The notes under the pieces were generated by a model that worked only from the letters and a program-made list of their open reading frames with translations, was not told the DNA's origin and made no database searches. Both the position numbers and the translations under genes were made by a program. A stretch of 63,991 bases of DNA, the filler included, from Piptocephalis cylindrospora (Eukaryota), in assembly GCA_003614145.1 (NCBI GenBank). It is 6 parts of 6 records of this genome, joined end to end, with 100 filler letters (N's around TTAATTAATTAA, not from the genome) between each part and the next. Parts side by side here need not be neighbours in the genome. Positions count along the whole stretch, not along the records: positions 32,399 to 43,062 come from KZ988025.1; positions 43,163 to 53,814 come from KZ988026.1; 4 more parts are not named here. One strand, 5' to 3'. This document shows positions 39,801 through 53,121 of the stretch, one piece after another. Within the stretch, counting starts at the first letter, position 1; each line of letters starts with the position of its first letter.

Positions 39801-39909
39801 GTAGTGTGGGGAGGCTCGTGTCCGCCCAGATGGATGGGAGAAGACTGAGAAGGACGAGGAGAGGGAAGAGAATACATAGCAAGAGGCTGAAGGATGGCAG
39901 TATGGCCAT
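36833..39909 (-). CDS. Signal peptide + Kelch beta-propeller + cytochrome b561-like multi-pass membrane protein; one apparent frameshift
   Basis: Kelch repeats (PPPRSEFAMG..LYLFGG..LDDTWVLD..WT; PPARYGAVAG..LEDVWSFD; LFLFGG..MNDLWIL); TM region with HGLYM..LPLAVTFARY, WWH, HSIGG, IHHSL. Intron 39128-39203; +1 base in G6 run 39037-39042. Confidence 0.78.
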
Positions 39910-42333
39910 GATGGAAGGGGGGGAAAGATGCACAGAGGAAGATTCAGGGTTATGTGGGTAGCTGCCTTTTGTTTTTCTTGGTATTGTAGCAGGTGGGATG
40001 GATGAGGTGAGGTGAAGTGAGGCGAAGTGAGGCAAAGGACAACACAGATCTCGTCCTTTATTCCCAGGAAGAGGAATAACGGTACGGGAGCTGGAGGGAG
40101 GAGGCTAGAGAAGGAGGAGTGAGAGGGATAAAAGGAAGGATGGGAGAGAGGTGACAGGTAATGAAGGGATAGTGTGTAGAAGGGAGATGAAGACAAGTGG
40201 GACAAGATGAAGGAGAGTAAAATCTTCATGCTCGCTAGATGACCAGCTCAGGCTTGACTATAAGGCAGGCGACAGAGTGCCAAGGGAGTGTGAATGCGCT
40301 TGGTTGTAAGTGTGGATGTGTGTATGGGTGGGAGGGACCTCCCTTTTTTGCTGGGAGACATGGGGAAGGCGGGGTTTGAGGGATGAGACGGGACGAGGCT
40401 AGGGGATGGATAATTTAGGGAGGCCTGTACACTTGTAGCGGTGGTCTAAAATGGGTCATTAACAGCAGTCGACTAGGTCTAAAGTGAAAGTTTCTGTGAG
40501 AGATCTGAGGCACAATTCTCTTGAGGGCAAAGAGGGAATAGATTTTAGCCACTAGCTCCTTCCATACCTGCACACACGCCTTGGCTGCTGAAGAGGTATT
40601 ATTATGGTGTGGCTAAAAAAAGGAAATGAGGAGATACAATACAGGCCGTCATCTGGTGATTAGGCATGTGCGCGTGAGAGGGGAGGGGACTCGGAGACAC
40701 AAATAGCGTAGGTTTCTGCATGTATGTATATTTCTGGAATACGATCTCTTCCACTTCTTTTTGAAGTCGATCCACAACAATAAAGGGAGAGTGTGGATGA
40801 AGCAGGGGAGATACAAGGACCGCCCAGGCAAGAAGCGTAGAGGTTGATGCATAGACCATGGGGGATAGAGAAATGTACATCCATCTATCCAAAGCATATG
40901 GTACATGGACATAAATGTATTGGTGAATGGAAGAGGAAAACAAGGGCCATGTACTTTAGCCATGTTGTTTCACACTGTGCATGAACATGAGTGGAACAGT
41001 GCATTGGCACTATGAACTAGCCATTTATGTAGAGGGGTCGTAATAGAACTATTATATTTCTCTCTATGAGACAAGCTGACGAACATCCGAACCCAATGCC
41101 CGCCTAAATAATCAAGATCATTTATGAAGCATGCTCATCATGAAAAACACTGGAATTTTACGATGCGTAGCAAATGTACATGTAGATTGACGAGTAACAG
41201 TAATGATTTTATGACACAACATTTACACTATATTTTAAGCTGATGCGAATTGATCATATTTTTCTGTACTATCCGAAAGTACGCCATAGGTCGGCTTCAG
41301 AGTGGATATTGCGTTCAAGCATCCACCAACCCACTCCTCCTGGGAAAATAGAATGTACTTACTACTATTAGAGCACGCTAATCGAGTTAAGTATATCTGA
41401 ATGTCTTTAAAAGTCTAGTAATGCTGCCTACTCCATTGGGGAAATAAAATGGCTTTATCACCATCAAGTTTAATAATACCAACAGCAGATACTCATCCAC
41501 TTCCCATGGTCCATTCCAAATTGGTGAGAAACATTGTCTTATTTTACTTTGTAATGTATAATAGAAATAAAAGGAACAGTAATTGACCTGTCCTGCACTA
41601 AAGCCAAAGCAAACATGGATCTAGATCCATCCTGGGCCTAACCTGGCTTGTAGTGCATATTTTGTGAAAAGTTCGTCTTTATTATTGTTTTCGGTGATGA
41701 TATAACTAGATCGGTGGCCAATACATCACCTCTTTTCTCTCACTAAGGCCAAAGCAACCAGGAATTCTCTGTCCTCGAAAGTGATGGTTGAACGACCAGG
41801 ACAGTCACTTACTGAATGGGATAGACCCTGTATCCGCAGCCAGTAATGCCTGTGGCCTTTTGGTTTGCCCGGCCATCTAGGTCTCCATCCTCCCAAGCCC
41901 CAAAGGTGGCCCATTGAGGATCCCAAGAAGTATTCCACAGCTCAATCTCCACCTTTGCCTTCCATCAATCCCAGTCCACTTCGCTACTACCCCCTTCCCT
42001 TAACAATATTCTAGAAGGGCCGTTTGGACGGGACCCTCCGACACGGTCTCATTGGCCTGCAGAGCCGCCTAGGACACCCTTCCTAAAAGTAACCAGCAAT
42101 GGCGGAGTCAGAGAGGAGATAGCGACCCTTGCCCTATAGACCAAGGAGGGATTGGTCAGATCTCAGTACATTTTCAACCCCCGCTTTCTCCGCTCCGACA
42201 GAGTTCCTTGTAATTCAAAGTCCGACGTGCCCTTTTCACATCCCGATAAGCTCCTCAGTGACGGAGTTTGAAATGTCCTAGAACCAAAATCTCAGGATTT
42301 ACGAAGAAGGTGCTTCAGGATCGACTAGGAAGG

Positions 42334-42341
42334 TATAAATA
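42334..42341 (+). promoter_or_regulatory. Candidate TATA box (TATAAATA) followed by a CT-rich leader
   Basis: ~320 bp upstream of the ATG at 42660; motif match only. Confidence 0.4.
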
Positions 42342-42659
42342 CACTCATATCCATCCCCACTTCTACACTCATCCATCCTCTTTTCCCTTATCCAATCTCC
42401 CACTTTCCCTAGCAATCCCTCTTCCCTATCGCTCTTCACGTCCCCATTCCGCTCTTTTATCTCGCCTTCCTCCAACTTCTTTCTCCACGCACTCGATCAC
42501 TTCATCCTTGACTTTCAACGACCACACCCACTTTCCATCACTCAATCCGTCCTTCGCAACCCAATTCAATCCCACCCTCCCCCATCCGCTTTCTCGAAAC
42601 CCCCTTCTTATCGTCTCCCTCGAGCCTCACTTTTCCCTTTCTTCACACCTACAGCCATT

Positions 42660-43062
42660 ATGCATTTCTCCGCTCTCGTTTCTTTGGTCGCCGTCGCCGT
42701 CGTCGCCATCTCTACTTCCGTCCAGGCACAGATGCCTCCAGGCGGTATGGGCCAGCCCGGTATGCCTCCACCCAATATGGCTCAAGGAGCCATGGGTCAG
42801 CCCGGTATGCCTCCACCCAATATGGCTCAAGGAGCTATGGGTGGTCCGGGCATGCCAGGTTATGGTGGTGGTGGTGCTTATGGTGACGACTGTCAGCCCC
42901 CCCCCCCCCCCCCCCCTGGGGGGCCCCTACGGGGGGGGGGGGTGGGGGGGGGTTCCCCCGCCCCGCCCCCCGGCCTCCCTCTACCGCTACCCCCCCCCCC
43001 CCCCCGGCTCCTCCAACCCCGCTCTCTCTCAGCCTCATCTGTACTATCAGCTGGCTGACTTG
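42660..43062 (+). CDS. Secreted Gly/Pro/Met-rich repeat protein, 5' part; 3' end unreliable
   Basis: Clear signal peptide MHFSALVSLVAVAVVAISTSVQAQ; 45-nt repeat encoding MGQPGMPPPNMAQGA x2 (42747-42836). Runs into low-quality G/C homopolymers near the contig end. Confidence 0.7.
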
Positions 43063-43162
43063 NNNNNNNNNNNNNNNNNNNNNNNNNNNNNNNNNNNNNN
43101 NNNNNNTTAATTAATTAANNNNNNNNNNNNNNNNNNNNNNNNNNNNNNNNNNNNNNNNNNNN
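43063..43162. other. Artificial 100-bp contig spacer
   Basis: N44-TTAATTAATTAA-N44. Confidence 0.97.
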
Positions 43163-43294
43163 TCCAGTCCGTCCCTGCCTTAACCTTACCCTTTCCAATC
43201 ATTTTGGAGCCCACTCCCCCCTTCTAGCAGGATATCTACTCGTTGTGCTTTCCTTCTCCCAGTCCTCTCTCTCTCCCCTACCTCCTTGCCCTCC

Positions 43295-46200
43295 ATGTCA
43301 GATTTCCTGTCACCACCGGATGAAGCAGCGGTGACAGCGGCCTTTTCAGAGAAGCGCTGGGTATGGCTGATGGACGAAGAGGAAGGATACATCGCTGGAC
43401 ACATTGTCAGCGAACCCGGTGCCGATACCGAGACTGATGAGGAGGTGGATGTGGAGCTGGAAGGAGGAGAGAAGCGTCGAGTAGCCCTGTCGCAAACCGA
43501 GCGGATGAATCCTCCCAAGTTTGATAAGGCTGAGGACATGGCCGATCTCGGCTATCTGAACGAGGCCAGTGTCGTGCACAACCTACGCTTACGATATTTC
43601 TCAGATTTGATCTATGTAAGTATTAATAGTTGGATTGGGAGATCAATTGGTCCTTTCCAGCACTTTCTCATCAGTCTCTTCCATGACAGACCTACTCAGG
43701 CCTTTTTTTGGTAGCTATCAATCCCTACAAATATCTTCCCATCTACACTGAAGAGACCATTCGGTCTTATGGAAATTATAAGCGGGGTGAAATGCCTCCC
43801 CATATCTACGCCATCTCCGACACGGCCTACCATGACATGCTGCAACATCGCGAAAACCAGTCCATCCTCATCACGTATGTGTGCCTATGGAGAACTTTGT
43901 TGTGACTATGGAGTTTCATGGCTCCTTATTCACTCTACATCTCCCCCATAAATAATTAGAGGAGAATCAGGGGCTGGAAAGACGGAAAACACCAAAAAAG
44001 TTATCCAGTACTTGACCACCATTGCTAGCGATAGCGTCCTTGGATCGGGGCCAAAGGAAAAGAGTGCCTTGGAGCGTCAGATCCTCCAAGCTAATCCAAT
44101 CCTCGAGGCTTTTGGTAATGCTCAAACCATTCGGAATCACAACTCTTCCCGTTTCGTATGTGTTCTTTATGCGTTCTTTTGCGCCTCTCCTTACTCACTC
44201 TTCTTCTTATTAATTGTGATAGGGAAAATTTATTCGGATTGAATTTGGTTCCGGCGGTAGCATTTCCGGTGGAAACATCGAGTGGTATTTGCTGGAAAAA
44301 TCCCGGGTAACACACCAGCAGCCTCAGGAGAGGAATTATCATATTTTCTATCAGTTACTCAAAGGGGCTTCCCCAGAGATGCGGAGTAAGGTTCTTTGCT
44401 TGAGAAGAGGCGTTTCAGGGATATTCCTAGTTTCAATCATCCAACTCATTCCGCTTCTTAACGGCAGAGCAATTGGTACTGGAGGGTGAGATAAAGGATT
44501 ATGCCTACACCAAAGACTCCATGGAGTCCATTGACGGAGTTGATGACATCAAGTCCTTTGAGGAACTTCAGGTTCGTTAATGCCACCCCAGTGTAGCAAC
44601 TTCTCCCCACTTCATCTAATTATTCCCGTACAAACATTAAATAGGAGGCATTGGAGATCATGGGAATTAACAAGGAGGAGCAAATGGGATACTTTCGAAT
44701 TCTTTCTGGCATTTTATGGCTTGGAAATATTGAGTTGACCAAAGACCGGTCTGACCAGGCACAGATGCCAGATGCTGCTGCAGCCGAAAAACTCTGTCAT
44801 GTCCTTGGCCTCCCGGTTACGGAGTTTATCAAGGGCTTACTTCGTCCGACCATGCGAGCTGGAAGAGACTGGGTAACCCGGGGCCAATCTCTGGGGCAGG
44901 CTAGATATGCAGGGGAAGCCTTGGCTCGGGCCTTGTACGAAAGAATGTTCGGAGTACTTGTTACCCACATCAACCAGTGCATCTCAGGGGGTACTTATCG
45001 TGGGCCTGTCAACAATCATTCGGGATCAACAGCTGCCAGCGGGGCTGCAGATGACTCATTCTCTGTGAGCGGGGTCACGACCATCTCCGCTACTGCTCTA
45101 CCCAAGAAGAGTTTTATTGGAGTCCTGGATATTGCAGGGTTTGAGATTTTTGAGAGTAACAGCCTAGAGCAGCTCTTAATCAACTACACCAATGAGCGAC
45201 TACAGCAGTTTTTCAATCATCACATGTTTATTCTCGAGCAGGAGGAATACCGTCAAGAGGGGATCCCTTGGTCCTTTATTGACTTTGGCCTCGATCTAGC
45301 CCCAACTATTGATCTGATTGAGAGGAATCGGCCCATGGGTATCCTGGCCTGCTTGGATGAGGAGTCCGTTATGCCTCGTGGCTCCGATCTTACCTTCCAG
45401 GAGAAGTTAGATGCCGTGTGGAAGGGAGGTTCCTCCGAGGGCTCTAACCGATATGAGACTTTAAGGTTCCGTTCAGGGTTTATTCTGCGTCATTACGCCT
45501 CCAGGGTAGAGTATGATACTCAGGGATGGCTAGACAAGAATAAGGATCCGGTCAACGATGATCTGGCCCGACTCATGACCACTTCCACAGACCCCATGGT
45601 CCGATCTTTGTTCCCGGACTATGCCCGTGGTAACGGAAGAGGCGAGGAAAGTGAGGCAGCTGGGGGAACGCCCAGAGGAAGAGCCAGGGGAGGAACCTTT
45701 CGGACGGCTGGTCAGCGGCACAAAGAACAACTGGGGGCTCTCATGGCTCAGCTCCACTCCACTGAGCCCCATTTTGTCCGTTGTATCTTACCCAATGGGA
45801 ACAAGCGGCCAGGGAAATTGAATGTCCCTATGGTACTAAACCAGCTTCGGTGCAATGGTGTTCTTGAGGGCATACGTATTACTCGAGCCGGTTTCCCCAG
45901 TCGATTGACTTTTTATGACCTACGTCAACGGTATGAAATTCTCGTGAGATCAGGTGATCCCTCTGAGTTGATTGCTGAGGGAGGAGATAAGACAGCCATT
46001 ATGGATTATCGGAACAAGGTAGGAGGGGGAGGCTATGTGGATGGGAAGGTATCAGCCAGCCTCCTTCTTCGGGCACTTGGTATTGATGAAGGGGGCTATC
46101 GAGTGGGGAAGAGCAGAGTGTTTTTTCGCACAGGTGTCCTAGCCTCCATGGAGGAACAAAGAGCCACCAAACTCTCGGATCTCATCAAAGTCATGCAAGG

Positions 46201-49200
46201 CATCTGTCGTGGTCATCTGGGGAGGAGAGGCTACTGTCGGGCTCAAATCCAAGACCAAGCGGTTCGCTTGCTGCAAAAACATGTTAAAATTTATGCCAAC
46301 CTTAGGGTTTGGCCCTGGTGGAGGGTTTACTGCCGTGTACGACCCCTCCTTTCTGTAACTCGGGGTGAAGAGGAGATGAAGAAAAAGGATGCTAAAGTCC
46401 ACGAATTGGAGTGGATGGTAGAGGGGCTCAAGACTTCCCTACAGCGGGAGGAAATGGCCAAGGTGAGGGCTGAGGAGGGTTTGAAGGGGCGCGAGGCTGA
46501 AAGAACCGAGATGGAAGCCAGGGTTGAGGGCCTGATTCGTCGGATGGAGGAGGCTGAGGCTCGGGCCGAGGAAGCTGAGGAGGGTCGTCTCCGGGCCATT
46601 GGACAGGCCGAGGCTGCGGAAGTCCGGGCCAAGAAGGCCGATGTTCGGGCTGAGCGCACTGAAATGACTTTGGGGAGAGCCAATGATCGAGTCAAAGAGA
46701 TGGAGCTTACCGTTGAGACTGAGCGTTCTAGATGGAAAGAGGAGCAGGGAGCCGGTGCTCAAGGGCTAGCAAGAGCTGAAGAGGCCCTTGGACGAGCAGA
46801 GGAGGGACTGCGTCGTGAGAAGGAGGAGGCTTCCAAGGCCAAGGCCAAGGCTCGAGAGTTTGAAGGGAAGCTCCGAAACTCCGAAGAAAAGCTACGAGAA
46901 ATGGAGGCCAAGGTTGGAGAAGGTGAAATGAGGATTAAGATAGCTGAGGAGAGGATCAAAGAGGCTGAGGGCACCCGCCAACAGGAGGAATCTGAGGAAG
47001 CAGAAAGAAGGGAGAGGAGAGAGAAAGAGAGAGTTCAGAGAGAGGTGGAGGAGGCGGAACGTCGAGCTCATCGCGAGCTCGATGGTTGGAAGCGACGGGT
47101 TGAGGAGGGCGAGGGAAGAATTAAAGAATTGGAAGGAGAAATGGAAGTCTTGGAGGGCAAATTGGCTGAAGTGGAAATTCGAGCCGGGATCACCGTGGCA
47201 TCCGCCGAAGCCAGCCGTCGGGAAGGCGTAGATCGGGCCGAAGGACGAGTCAAGGAGGCTGAGGAGAGGAGTGAAAAGGCCGTGCTGGCCCTGAGGGAGG
47301 AATATGAGGCCAAAGTAGCCGAAGTTCAGGCTAGCCTGGAAGAAGTCCGGTGCACCCTCCTAGAGGAACGGACTAAGCGAGAGGGAGCAGATGAGGGGAA
47401 GCGTGAGCTGGAAACCAAGGAAAGGGAGTGGAAGGAACGGGAAGGGGAATTACAACGGAAGCTTGAGGCGTCCGAACGAGCAAAGGCCCGGGCTACTTCC
47501 CTTTCCGAGGATCGGGCAGCCGAACTGGAGAAGGAGGCTACAGCCGCTCGCATGGCCGAAAGAGGTATGAGGCAAGCAGAGGAACGGGAGGAGGAGGCTC
47601 GTAGAAACCAGGAGGAGGAAAAGACCCTTAGGGTCAAGGAGGAAGGAAAGTGTCGAGGCCTGGAGGTCAAGCTTCGCGTCCTTGAAGGGCAGCTCATGGA
47701 GGGATCTGAGAGGATTGGTCGACTAGAGGGGGCAAAGTCTTCCCTAGAGGAGGAGCTGAAGCAGGTCTTGGGGGACCAGCAAAACATTAAGGGCGTGGAG
47801 GAGATGCGATCCGTTGGAAAAGGACGGCAAGTAGATGAAGAATCTGTCTCTAAGCTAAAGGAAGCTGAATCTAAGCTCAAAGACCTTTCCAAACGAGAGA
47901 AGAGCCTTGTGGCTCAGGTAAAACAATTGGAGAAGGAGACTCAAGGAAAGCTAGAGAGACTAGAGGAGGGGAGAAGACTCCTTCGTCAGGAGGTAGCTGT
48001 CCTTGGGGAGAGGCTTGAGGAGGAGCAAGAGGCCAAGACCGAGGTCCTTCGGTCCAAGCAACGTGTGGAGGAGGCCTTAACCGAAGCCAGGGCTCTGGAA
48101 ACAGCCAGGACGCTAAGAGGCTCCGAGGGGGAAAGGGTCCAAGAGGAGGGCAGAGCCAGAATTTTGCAATTAGAGGCCTCTCTTTCCGAGCTCGAGGGGG
48201 CCCAGCTGGAGGCTGAGGCCCTGGCTGAACGTCAAGAACGCAGGGCCAATCGCCTTAGGGGAGAGGTGGAGGTGCTCGAAGGAGAGCTGGAGGGAGTCAA
48301 AGGCAAACTCAAAGAGGCTGAAGCTCGATTGCTGACTGCAGAGGGTAGGATAGAGGAAGAGGAGACAAAGCTGACGGAAGAGAGAGCTAAGAGGGAGGAG
48401 GCCGAAGCAAGACTTGAGGAGGGCCAAAGAGAATGGGAAGAGTCTGAACGAAGCCTTCATAACGTCTCAGGCCCCTCCTCAGGCAACGTCGAAGAGGAAG
48501 AAGGCGTCATTTCGGGTCTGCGTCGTGCCATGGAGGTGACCCAGCGCGTAGGGAAGAAGGAAGTGGAGGGTTTGAGGGAGGAAGTGGATAGCTTACTCCG
48601 CATTCGACAAGGCCTAGAGGGCCAGGTTGAGGAGCTCCGAGAGGCCCTGGAAAGGGAAAGAGCCGAAGGGGAGATGAACCACTTAAGCCTGGAGAGGGCA
48701 CGTGGAGAGCTCGAAGGCCTAAAAACTCGAATTTCTCTGGAAGAAGGTAGGAGTGAGGAGAAGGAGCGAGATGTGGAAGGTCTTAAATCTCGAGTGGCAG
48801 GCCTAATGGGCCGAGTGGAGAAGGCAGAGGTTGAACGGGAGAAGGCAGAAAGGGCAGAGGCTCGTATTGGTCAAGGTATGCGAGATCTAGAAGAGGCCAT
48901 GGAAAGAGCCAAAGATGAGCGTCGGGTGGCAGAAGGCAGAGTTCGGGAGCTTGAAGGAGTATCCTTAAGGTGGGAGGCCAGAATGGACGAGGTAACCCTG
49001 GAGCTAGAAGAGGTTCGTAGAGAGGAGGAGGGGCTCCGATCCCTATTAGCCCGAGAAGTACGACGGGGTGAGGATCGAGTACGCGAAGCTACTCTCCTTC
49101 TTGAAGCCCGTGTTAAGGAAATGGAAGGAGAAGTATCCCGGGGTCTGGAGGAAGTTGAAGGATGGAAGCGAAGGGTGGACGAGGCTGAGACCCGGGTCAA

Positions 49201-50119
49201 AGATGTACGTCGACGTGGAGAAAAAGAAATAACACTGGCCAAAGAAGAAGTGGATGAGATCAAGGGTAGGATGGAAGGTCTTGAGGGCGACCTTGAAGAA
49301 TCATTATCCCGGCAGGAGGCTCTACAAGGTAGAGTGAGTCAGTTGGGAAAGGAGGTAGTTCAGCTTCGTGCCTCCTTGGACGTTTCTGAGGGCCGCAGAC
49401 TTCTTATTGAAAGGGCCATGCGAGAGGTGGAGGAGAAATGGGCCGTGGAGGAGGAGACCGGGGAAGTGGCCGAGGAAAGAAAGCGAGTAAAGTCCACCTG
49501 GTCCGATCAAGGCTGGGAGGAAAAGGTAGAAGAGTTTAGAGAACGGGCCAGGGCCTCTGAAGAAAGCCTTGAAAAGGTACGGGATCAATTGATGCAGGAG
49601 GAGGGTCGGGTTATGGGGCTACGCAGGGAGAAAATGGCTTTGGAAAGACGAGTAAGCGAGATGACCGTGCAGGTCCTAAGCATCCAAGGAATAGCAGGAA
49701 GAAAAGGAGAAGAAATCATTGGGGAGGAAGGAGAGGAAGATGATGGAGGGGACACGGCATCCGTCCTATCAGGCCGGACCGAGACACGTTCCAGGGCATC
49801 TTCTACCGTTACTTCACGCGGAACCAGGGCGACAGAGAGACAGATCAGAGAGCTGCACCTAGCCATAGCTGATCGGGAAAAGGGCCGAGTGAGGGCCGAG
49901 GAGGAGACTAGATATTTGGAGTCCAGGCTACAGAGAATGAAGACACAGGTGGACGAGCTAGAGGAATCGGATGCTCAGCATCGCTTGGCTAAGCGAAGAC
50001 TTGAGAGGGAGCTTGAGGAATCCAAGGACAAGATTGAGGGCCTCGAACGAGAGATTTCTTTGTTTAAGGGAAGGCTTGCACGAGGTAAATCGATCAGTGG
50101 ATGGTTTGAGAGAGGGTAA
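43295..50119 (+). CDS. Type II myosin heavy chain
   Basis: N-terminal SH3-like region (KRWVW..EEGY), [32 protein letters not shown]-loop [57 protein letters not shown] motif and WPWW..VRPLL, long coiled-coil tail. Five short 5' introns. Confidence 0.97.
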
Positions 50120-50398
50120 AGAAATGGCTATGGGGGCTTTCTGGCCATGTTGGAAACGCATGTGCTGTATGGGATTATGAGATGATAAAGTATCTTATTT
50201 AAGTAATGAGTGATTGAGGACTATAACCCATAGTTTATGTAATAAATCATGAGGTCTCGTGAGGTACCCATCCAGTAAAATCAACTCGTATAATAAAATG
50301 AGAATAATGAAGGCTAAAGATCAAGTACGCTGCTTAAGTGGTTCAATTGGTGATCCCATTTTCATGTCTCTCCATATAATATTATTATCTCGTACCTT

Positions 50399-53121
50399 TC
50401 AGCATGAGAAGTACCCATCCAATGCAACGGGCCTAGATGAGCTCAATTGAGTTCTTCTCTTTCCCTGATTAGCCATCATGATATCTTTGGTGTTCTTGAT
50501 AATATTACGAAAGGTCTGAGCTGGTTGGGCAAGAAGGGTTCCTACGATGGCACGGGACATGCTGGTTCCAGGCGGAAGAGGCCCTAGGGAGGTGTAGGAC
50601 CAGGAGCTGTCAAACCTAGGAGAAAGGACCACCACATCACCCATCGACTGTCTCATTGCCTCTCTCGTCTTCCTCTGACTTCCTGTCTGTCGCATGGACC
50701 ACAGCCCTTTGCCCAAGTGGAATGCCGCTTCCACGGGGCTATCTTTGATAGCGGAAATCCCCACGGTGGCCACCATTTTCCCCATCTCCACTTTGGCGGC
50801 TTTTTCCTCGATGAGTTGGCCGTTTGACGCGTAAGTGTAGGCAAGGTCCAGTGGAGAATTGCAATGGACTGAATCAAAGATACAGGTTAATCGGGACCCC
50901 AAAGGCAAAGGATGAGCCATCATCTGGAACAGTGTGTCGCTATCCAACATGCCTGTCTGGCGGAAATCACAAGGCAGAATGGTATCATCTTTCCACTGGT
51001 CTCCCTTTGTTTGTGCATCAGATACCTATATCAAGAGGAGGATGGTGCATCGTTCAGTTTCCTATAACTCACTTACTTTCACTTTCCCTTGGCTTACCTG
51101 GCCACCTCGTCCAGCAAAGTAGAAAAAGAGTCTGTCTCCGGACTGTACTCCTTCCATGAGCCATTGAATTGCTTGTATGATTCCATTTCGAGTGGGAAAA
51201 AGAATGGGAGGGCCCAATTCAGTGAGAATCATCATTTCTTGTGCCGAGTACCCTGACCGGAGTAAGTAGTTCTTGACAACATCCACATCCTTTTCCCCAT
51301 CTGATCATGATTTATAATGGATATGAGTGAAAAATATATCCGAGTTGGATGTTTCCATCTATCCTACACCTATCTTTGGGTCCTTACCGAATAATTCAGA
51401 TGGATCGCCCCGGTACCGAACGGCGATCAATAGGGCCCGACGCCTCCCCCGTGCCCCAGTCACCATAGTGACCCCTCCATTGGATTCATGATGGACAATA
51501 GGAACAGTAGAGGCAGGTAAAGGGGGCACTAATGCCCCTACAGCATTAACACCTCCATGCTGAGGCGTAATTAGAGGGAATTGAACAGTGGGGGCATGAA
51601 TGGGGGCTGACATGGGACCGACTTGTGGCGTGTAGTGAAGCTGTGTAGCATGACCGATGGTCATATATCCTGGACGGGATGGAGCAGGTGTGGGCTTGCC
51701 AATATTTTGGATCTTCTGCTGAAGAGGCCTCGCCACGGCATCCAAGGCCTGACTGATTAATTTTCCCGAGCCATTGCCATATTCAAAGGGACTGGAGAGC
51801 ATGTCCATACTAAGGTTTTGGTCATCGGCTCCAACCAACCCCATAGAATCCTGTAACTCCAAGGTGGAGAAGGCGCTGGTCAATAGATTGCCTATATCGC
51901 GATCACTCTCCTTGACGGGGTCTTCCGCACTAAAGGCTGGCTGGATATCCGTAGAAATGACGGGGGCTGTGGGTGCCACGGCGGCGCTCTGAGGATCGAA
52001 TGGAGTTGGCGGGATAGAGATGGGAGTTGAAAGGGTGGGATTTTCAGTCAAAGGTAATGACGAAATCTCTTCCGTATCCAAAACTACGTCGTTTTGCTTT
52101 TCTTCATGTATCTATGGAATCCGGGAGAATATGAATAAGCGATAAATTTGAGGATAGCTCAAGAAAGGCAGACGAAATGTGGCTATTCTTACTTTGTCAT
52201 TCCCACCCTCTGGTAGGTCCGGCAAGGAAATAGCGATGCTTTGGGCAGTTCCATCATTATTTGCGCTTGCAGTCCCATGAATCGACGATACAGAAGAGGA
52301 GGCGCTCGGAATAGACACGTGATGGGAGAGGGAGAGCGATGGAAGACTATTGTTTAAATGGCTGTGGCCTTGAGGCATTGAAGGAGGGATGGAAGAAGCT
52401 GATGGGTTTGCAACACTAGTCATTGATGTAATATGAATATTATGGCCACTCCCCGAGGGTAACGATGGGGGAGGAGAAAGGGGAGAGGGAAGTCCCTAGT
52501 AAGCGTTGAAGAGGTAATGTAAAGTGTGGTGAGATATGGGACGACCGTGGGATAGTCAAGAGGCATGCAGATCATGTCAGTACGAGCACATCTTACCTGT
52601 GGATTGTGTCCTGGAGGGACAGCGCCAAGCTGACCAGGTACCATCGTAATCAATGGCTGAGATGCACAATGGTGGATATGGGCTCCTGAAGGCCACTGGG
52701 CAGTACCATTTGCCACTGGATGGGATGGTACCGGATTGACAGGATGAGCGAAGGTCTGTCGACGGGCAAAGGATGGGTTTTCCTGTCCGACCGGAAAGTT
52801 CGTGGTCTTTTTTGATGGTAATGAAGGAAGAGGTCTGGATGCCTTGATTGTCTACATACTCCTCCCCCCGCCACGGTAAGACTTTAATAATCATTTTTTG
52901 GCAAAGGTGCAGGCTCGACTTACCGAAGCCCTTCGACGAGAAGCATACAATTCTTCCTTGGTCATCAGACGTTGGGACCCGTCTGGCTGCCGGACCAGGA
53001 AATGGGTTGCTTGCATCACCGAGGAGACCTTAGTAATCCTACTGGCGGAGGTACCTTCTTGAGGTTCCATATTAGGTGCAGACGGAATCTGAGGGGTAAG
53101 TTGCGGTTGAGACGATGACAT
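50399..53121 (-). CDS. Type I metacaspase homologue lacking both catalytic residues (pseudo-metacaspase)
   Basis: Exons 53121-52924, 52851-52597, 52495-52193, 52111-51388, 51300-51098, 51025-50399. P/S/Q-rich prodomain, GRRRALLIAVRY, PTRNGIIQAIQWL..GDRLFFYFAGRGGQ, DDTILPCDF, LTCIFDSVHCNSPLDLAYTY, QLSSSRP. Confidence 0.88.

Noticed and set aside
40236..42300. AT-richer intergenic stretch as ncRNA or transposon
   Set aside because: No terminal repeats, recognisable RNA motif or coding remnant found by eye.
46327..49866. Long Ser/Leu-rich antisense ORFs opposite myosin (likewise opposite the PACT and PRS genes)
   Set aside because: Shadow ORFs produced by the biased codon composition of the real genes.
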